Of a DNA stretch of 64,000 nt, positions 59,616 through 64,000 are shown piece after piece. Under the pieces are notes generated by a model, which was given only the letters and a program-made list of their open reading frames with translations, was not told the DNA's origin and did no database searches. Origin of the DNA: Clostridia bacterium (GTDB lineage Bacteria > Bacillota > Clostridia > RGIG6154); assembly GCA_045589295.1 (NCBI GenBank), contig JAZNOU010000005.1, positions 64,001 through 128,000 of the forward strand, given 5' to 3'. The position numbers and the translations under genes are program-made. The stretch's first letter is position 1; each line of letters begins with the position of its first letter.

Positions 59616-60599
59616 ATGAATTTAAAAGAAAAAAACTTTTTAAAACTTTTGGATTTTACTCCGGAAGAAATTAATTATTTAATTGACTATGCAGCACAGC
59701 TCAAAAAACAGAAAAAAGAGAATGTATCACACAAATTATTCCCAGATAAAAATATTGCTCTTATCTTTGAAAAAACTTCTACAAGAACACGTTGTGCTTT
59801 TGAGGTTGCAGCCTCAGACCTTGGTATGCACCCTGTTTACTTAGACCCTCAAGGCTCTCAAATCGGCAAAAAGGAAAGCATTGCAGACACAGCAAGAGTT
59901 TTAGGCAGAATGTTTGACGGAATTGAGTACCGAGGCTTTGGTCAGGAAATCGTAGAAGAGCTTGCTGAGTTTGCTGGGGTACCTGTGTGGAATGGCCTTA
60001 CGAACGAGTTTCACCCAACTCAGATTTTGGCGGACTTTTTAACGATAAAAGAACATTTTGGTTCTTTAAAAGGCAAAAAACTTGTTTATATGGGCGATGC
60101 AAGATACAATATGGGAAATTCTTTAATGGTTGGATGTGCAAAGATGGGTATGAACTTTGTTGCCTGTGCACCAAAAAAATATTTCCCCGATGATGCGCTT
60201 ATTAACGAATGCCTTGAAGTTGCAAAACAAACAGGTGCAGTCTTAGAATTTATCGAAGACCCAATTGAAGCTACAAAAAATGCAGATGTGATTTACACAG
60301 ATGTGTGGGTTTCAATGGGTGAACCTGCTGAGGTTTGGGAAGAACGTATAAAAGAGCTTTCACCTTACAGAGTAACTATGCAGCTTTTAGAAAATGCAGG
60401 CGAAAACTGCAAGTTTATGCACTGTCTGCCTGCTTTCCATGACTTAAAAACAACTGTTGGTAAAGAAATTTATGAAAAATTCGGTTTGACTTGTATGGAA
60501 GTTACTGATGAAGTGTTTGAAAGTGACAGTTCAATCGTATTTGACGAAGCCGAAAACCGTATGCACACAATAAAAGCTGTTATGGCAGCAACACTTTAA
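59616..60599 (+). CDS. argF: Ornithine carbamoyltransferase
   Basis: STRTR, HPTQ, SMG and HCLP motifs. Confidence 0.97.
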   Translation: MNLKEKNFLKLLDFTPEEINYLIDYAAQLKKQKKENVSHKLFPDKNIALIFEKTSTRTRCAFEVAASDLGMHPVYLDPQGSQIGKKESIADTARVLGRMFDGIEYRGFGQEIVEELAEFAGVPVWNGLTNEFHPTQILADFLTIKEHFGSLKGKKLVYMGDARYNMGNSLMVGCAKMGMNFVACAPKKYFPDDALINECLEVAKQTGAVLEFIEDPIEATKNADVIYTDVWVSMGEPAEVWEERIKELSPYRVTMQLLENAGENCKFMHCLPAFHDLKTTVGKEIYEKFGLTCMEVTDEVFESDSSIVFDEAENRMHTIKAVMAATL

Positions 60600-60603
60600 A
60601 ATT

Positions 60604-60637
60604 AAATGCAGAAACTTATTGGGTTTCTGCATTTTTT
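60604..60637 (+). terminator. Terminator of the arg operon
   Basis: AAATGCAGAAAC-ttattgg-GTTTCTGCATTTTTT. Confidence 0.85.
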
Positions 60638-60701
60638 ATTGATTTTTTTAACGATAAGTGATAAAATATTTTAAAGTTAGTCTTATATAACGGAGGTATT
60701 T

Positions 60702-63122
60702 ATGAAGCAGTATACAATTACGGGCATGAGTTGTGCCGCTTGCAGCAGTCGTGTTGAAAAAGCAGTCTGTACTGTTGATGGTGTTGAACAATGTTCGGTT
60801 AATCTTTTAACAAACACATTATCAGTAGAAGGTACTGCCAAAGATGATGATATAATTGTAGCTGTCATTCACGCAGGATATGGGGCATATCAAAAAGAAG
60901 AAAATATTAAAACAACCCAAAGTGGATCTGATATTTTTTCTTCTTTAAAAGCGCGACTTATTTCATCTTCAATTTTTTTGCTTGTGCTTATGTACATTTC
61001 GATGGGTCATACTATGTGGCATTTCCCGCTTCCCGAATTTCTTGAAAATAACCATTTCCTCCTGGGGTTTTCACAATTGATTTTATCAGCAATTGTCCTT
61101 ATTATAAACAAAAGCTTTTTTATAAATGGTATAAAAGGATTTTGGAATAAATCGCCTAATATGGATAGTTTAGTCGCTTTAGGTGCAGGCGTTTCTTTCG
61201 TCTACAGTGTCGCCGTTTTGTTCTTTGCCAACAATATTCACGACCTTTACTTTGAATCGGCAGCTATGATTTTGGTTTTAATAACAGTAGGAAAATTGCT
61301 TGAAGCCTACTCAAAAGGAAAAACAACTAATGCAATAAACTCCCTTATTAATCTTGCACCACAAACTGCAGTTGTTTTAAAAGACAATAATGAAATTGTT
61401 GTTCCAATTAACGAGCTTAAAGTTAGTGATATATTTGTTGTAAAACCAGGAGAAAGTATTCCTGCAGATGGGATAATAATTGAAGGTTTAACCACAGTTG
61501 ACGAGTCGATGCTAACAGGTGAGAGTATCCCTGTTGATAAAAATATCGGTGACAGCATTTCTGCTGCAACAGTAAATCAGACAGGTTATATAAAAGTTAA
61601 AACTACAGGTGTTGGTAATGATACTTTTTTAGCTCAAATAATAAAAATGGTAAGTGATGCATCAAGCACAAAAGCACCTATTGCTAAAACGGCAGATAAA
61701 GTATCAGGTATTTTTGTTCCAATTATAATTTTAATTGCAATTATAACGGTTATAGGTTGGATGATATTTGGGCAAACATTCGAATTTGCTCTTACAAGAG
61801 GTATTGGCGTTTTAGTGATCAGTTGCCCATGTGCATTGGGACTTGCAACACCGGTCGCTATTATGGTTGGCGGCGGCAAAGGCGCCCAAAACGGGATTCT
61901 TTTTAAAAACGCATCCTCACTCGAATACGCAGGTAAAATTACCGCCGTTGTACTGGACAAAACAGGAACTTTAACCAAAGGAACTCCCTGTGTTACTGAT
62001 ATAATTCCTCACGAATGTGAAGAAAAAGAACTTTTGACACTCGCATACTCACTTGAAAAACAAAGCGAGCACCCACTCGCCCGTGCAATAGTAAGTCACG
62101 CACAAGAAAAGAACGTTACAAGTATTGCGTGCGAAAATTTCAAAACCCTGCCCGGCAACGGACTTGAATGCTATATAAACCAAAAATTAATTCGTGGAGG
62201 AAACTTAAATTTTGTAAGTAAATTCACCTCCATTCCTCCAAATCTGATTACAGAAGCCGAATTTTTAGCTCTAAATGGCAAAACTCCTATGTTTTTCTGT
62301 TCAGATGACAAGTGCATTGGTATCATTGCTGTTGCAGATACATTAAAGGATGACTCCGCGCAGGATATAAAAACATTAAAACAGATGGGACTTTATGTTG
62401 TTATGCTCACAGGTGATAACAAAAAAACTGCTTCTGCTATTGCAAAATCCTTAGATATTGATGATGTTATCGCAGAAGTTTTGCCTGACGGAAAAGCTGA
62501 TGCAATCAAAATTCTTCAAAATAAACACAAAGTTATGATGGTAGGTGATGGAATTAACGACTCACCCGCTCTCACACAAGCAGACATTGGGATTGCAATA
62601 GGAACCGGAACGGATATTGCCATAAATTCTGCTGATGTAGTTTTAATGAGCGGAAGTCTTAAAAATGTGCCTGCAGCAATAACCTTGAGCAGAAAAACTC
62701 TCAAAAATATAAAAGAGAATCTCTTCTGGGCGTTTATTTATAATATAATTTCAATTCCGCTTGCAGCTGGACTTTTTATCATTCCCTTTGGTATAAAATT
62801 AAGTCCAATGATAGGCGCTGCAGCAATGAGTTTGTCCAGTTTTTGTGTTGTCACAAACGCACTTAGATTAAATTTTGTAAAACTATATAAAGAAGATAAG
62901 GAGAAAAAAGCTATGAAAAAAACATTAACAATTCAAGGTATGATGTGCCCTCACTGTGAGGCTGCAGTAAAAAAATGCTTAGAAGCACTCCCCGAAGTTA
63001 TTTCAGCGCACCCTAGCCATGAAACAAAAACAGCAATAGTTGAATTAAACACAGAAGTTGATACAAACTACTTAAAAAAAGCAGTCGAAGATGCAGGCTA
63101 TACCGTTTTGGATGTGAAATAA
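60702..63122 (+). CDS. copA: Cu(I)-type heavy-metal P1B ATPase with N- and C-terminal HMA domains
   Basis: GMSCAAC, TGES, CPC, DKTGT, SEHP, GDGIND, YN, MSLSS and C-terminal GMMCPHC. Confidence 0.93.
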   Translation: MKQYTITGMSCAACSSRVEKAVCTVDGVEQCSVNLLTNTLSVEGTAKDDDIIVAVIHAGYGAYQKEENIKTTQSGSDIFSSLKARLISSSIFLLVLMYISMGHTMWHFPLPEFLENNHFLLGFSQLILSAIVLIINKSFFINGIKGFWNKSPNMDSLVALGAGVSFVYSVAVLFFANNIHDLYFESAAMILVLITVGKLLEAYSKGKTTNAINSLINLAPQTAVVLKDNNEIVVPINELKVSDIFVVKPGESIPADGIIIEGLTTVDESMLTGESIPVDKNIGDSISAATVNQTGYIKVKTTGVGNDTFLAQIIKMVSDASSTKAPIAKTADKVSGIFVPIIILIAIITVIGWMIFGQTFEFALTRGIGVLVISCPCALGLATPVAIMVGGGKGAQNGILFKNASSLEYAGKITAVVLDKTGTLTKGTPCVTDIIPHECEEKELLTLAYSLEKQSEHPLARAIVSHAQEKNVTSIACENFKTLPGNGLECYINQKLIRGGNLNFVSKFTSIPPNLITEAEFLALNGKTPMFFCSDDKCIGIIAVADTLKDDSAQDIKTLKQMGLYVVMLTGDNKKTASAIAKSLDIDDVIAEVLPDGKADAIKILQNKHKVMMVGDGINDSPALTQADIGIAIGTGTDIAINSADVVLMSGSLKNVPAAITLSRKTLKNIKENLFWAFIYNIISIPLAAGLFIIPFGIKLSPMIGAAAMSLSSFCVVTNALRLNFVKLYKEDKEKKAMKKTLTIQGMMCPHCEAAVKKCLEALPEVISAHPSHETKTAIVELNTEVDTNYLKKAVEDAGYTVLDVK

Positions 63123-63134
63123 TAATTGCAATAT

Positions 63135-63166
63135 AAAAAGGGCGAAATCAAATCGCCCTTTTTATT
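63135..63166 (+). terminator. Terminator after copA
   Basis: AAAAGGGCGA-aatcaaa-TCGCCCTTTTT. Confidence 0.85.
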
Positions 63167-63182
63167 ATTTTTTAAAAAACTC

Positions 63183-63211
63183 TTTACTTAACAACAAATT
63201 TATGGTATTAT
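63183..63211 (+). promoter_or_regulatory. sigmaA promoter of the tRNA locus
   Basis: TTTACT-N17-TATTAT with extended TG. Confidence 0.55.
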
Positions 63212-63236
63212 ATTACTTGTTTGATAAATCATATTT

Positions 63237-63382
63237 CGAGGTGTGGCTCAGTTTGGTAGTACACCTTGGACACAGAGTATACTCAATAAAATTTAATAAT
63301 TATCCATTCATTAACCAAAATGAATGGTATTATCGGGAATTAGCGCAGTTTGGTAGTACACCTTGGACACAGAGTATACTCA
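63237..63382 (+). repeat. Two tRNA-Pro 5' fragments each followed by an identical 26-nt non-tRNA tail (37-bp direct repeat)
   Basis: CAGTTTGGTAGTACACCTTGGACACAGAGTATACTCA at 63249-63285 and 63346-63382. 63237-63259 is identical to tRNA nt 1-23 at 63515. Confidence 0.9.
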
Positions 63383-63514
63383 TTATATTTTTGTCACTAC
63401 AAAAAAATTCGCCGTTTTTTGACCTTTCGTTCAAAATCGGAGTAGTCATTAAAATGCCTTGCCGTATTTGGCCGACTACAATTTATATTTTGAAAATTGA
63501 ATAAATAATAATAT

Positions 63515-63591
63515 CGAGGTGTGGCTCAGTTTGGTAGAGTACTTCGTTCGGGACGAAGGGGCCGCAGGTTCAAATCCTGTCACCTCGACCA
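63515..63591 (+). tRNA. tRNA-Pro (CGG)
   Basis: CGAGGTG/CACCTCG acceptor stem, CTTCG-TTCGGGA-CGAAG anticodon arm, GGTTCAAATCC T arm and encoded CCA. Confidence 0.97.
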
Positions 63592-63592
63592 T

Positions 63593-63636
63593 AAAAAGGG
63601 ATTGCTATTCAAAAGACGAATAGTAATCCTTTTTTA
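63593..63636. terminator. Bidirectional terminator after the tRNA
   Basis: AAAAAGGGATTGCTATTC...GAATAGTAATCCTTTTTT. Confidence 0.8.
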
Positions 63637-63663
63637 TTATATCAACCACTAATATTGATTTAT

Positions 63664-64000
63664 TTAAGAAGATAATGCTTGAAACCCTAATCCGTTTTCA
63701 AACTGTTCTAAGTTAATTTTGAAATTAACTGTTAATTCATACCCTTTCTTTACTGATATACTATCTATAAGATGTGCAACAATAATTTGTTTTGTTTGTA
63801 AATCAGCATTTTCATAAACATCAGCCCATTTGATAATGTTGTTATATTCTTGTTCTATTTCATAACAGTTTTTCTGTAGCTCCTCAAAGTCTGTTTCACA
63901 TCTTTGTACTTGTTCTAATAAAGGCTGTACTTCATTTTTCAATCTCTTTAGAATTTGAAGTAATTCTTTGACAACTTCATCAAATTGAGATGCACTTACA
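63664..64000 (-). CDS. C-terminus of a probable large serine recombinase (runs off window end)
   Basis: The frame is open to the window edge. A coiled coil is followed by WADVYENADLQTKQIIVAHLIDSISVKKGYELTVNF, typical of recombinase C-termini. The catalytic domain is not visible. Confidence 0.6.
   Translation of the reverse strand, partial: VSASQFDEVVKELLQILKRLKNEVQPLLEQVQRCETDFEELQKNCYEIEQEYNNIIKWADVYENADLQTKQIIVAHLIDSISVKKGYELTVNFKINLEQFENGLGFQALSS

Noticed and set aside
63249-63382. CRISPR array
   Set aside because: Only two 37-bp copies with a 60-bp spacer, partly tRNA-derived, and no cas genes in the window
63202-63504. 100-aa ORF across the tRNA-fragment repeats
   Set aside because: No RBS, it starts inside the promoter -10 region, and it reads through tRNA-derived sequence

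Overview
Low-GC chromosomal window from a spore-forming clostridial Firmicute (spo0A, spoIVB, gerW/ytfJ, sigmaE/sigmaK/sigmaH promoter matches). Most of it is housekeeping and biosynthesis: metA, mscL, a MATE transporter, pgk-tpiA-gpmI, a class A PBP, secG-rnr-hpf, scpAB, lysA, a complete his operon with a HisZ-HisG fusion and a HisR operator, argCJBDF with ARG boxes, a Cu P-type ATPase, tRNA-Pro(CGG) and the 3' end of a probable serine recombinase. The most notable region is a ~15 kb divergent locus (38621-53698). It encodes three acyl-CoA synthetases, a four-subunit 2-oxoacid:ferredoxin oxidoreductase, IlvE, a catalytically degenerate LeuA and several regulators. I infer it makes branched-chain amino acids by reductive carboxylation of branched short-chain fatty acids. 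Its control region has a T-box (probably Val) on one side, a candidate Ile-rich leader-peptide attenuator on the other, and mirror-image promoters with four TAC-N6-GTA boxes. Two other unexplained structures are a tandem array of tRNA-Pro 5' fragments sharing a 26-nt tail, and a uORF plus twin-hairpin leader in front of hpf. All functional calls come from motif recognition by eye; no database searches or folding calculations were run. Some CDS starts were moved from the ORF track to the codon with the best RBS.
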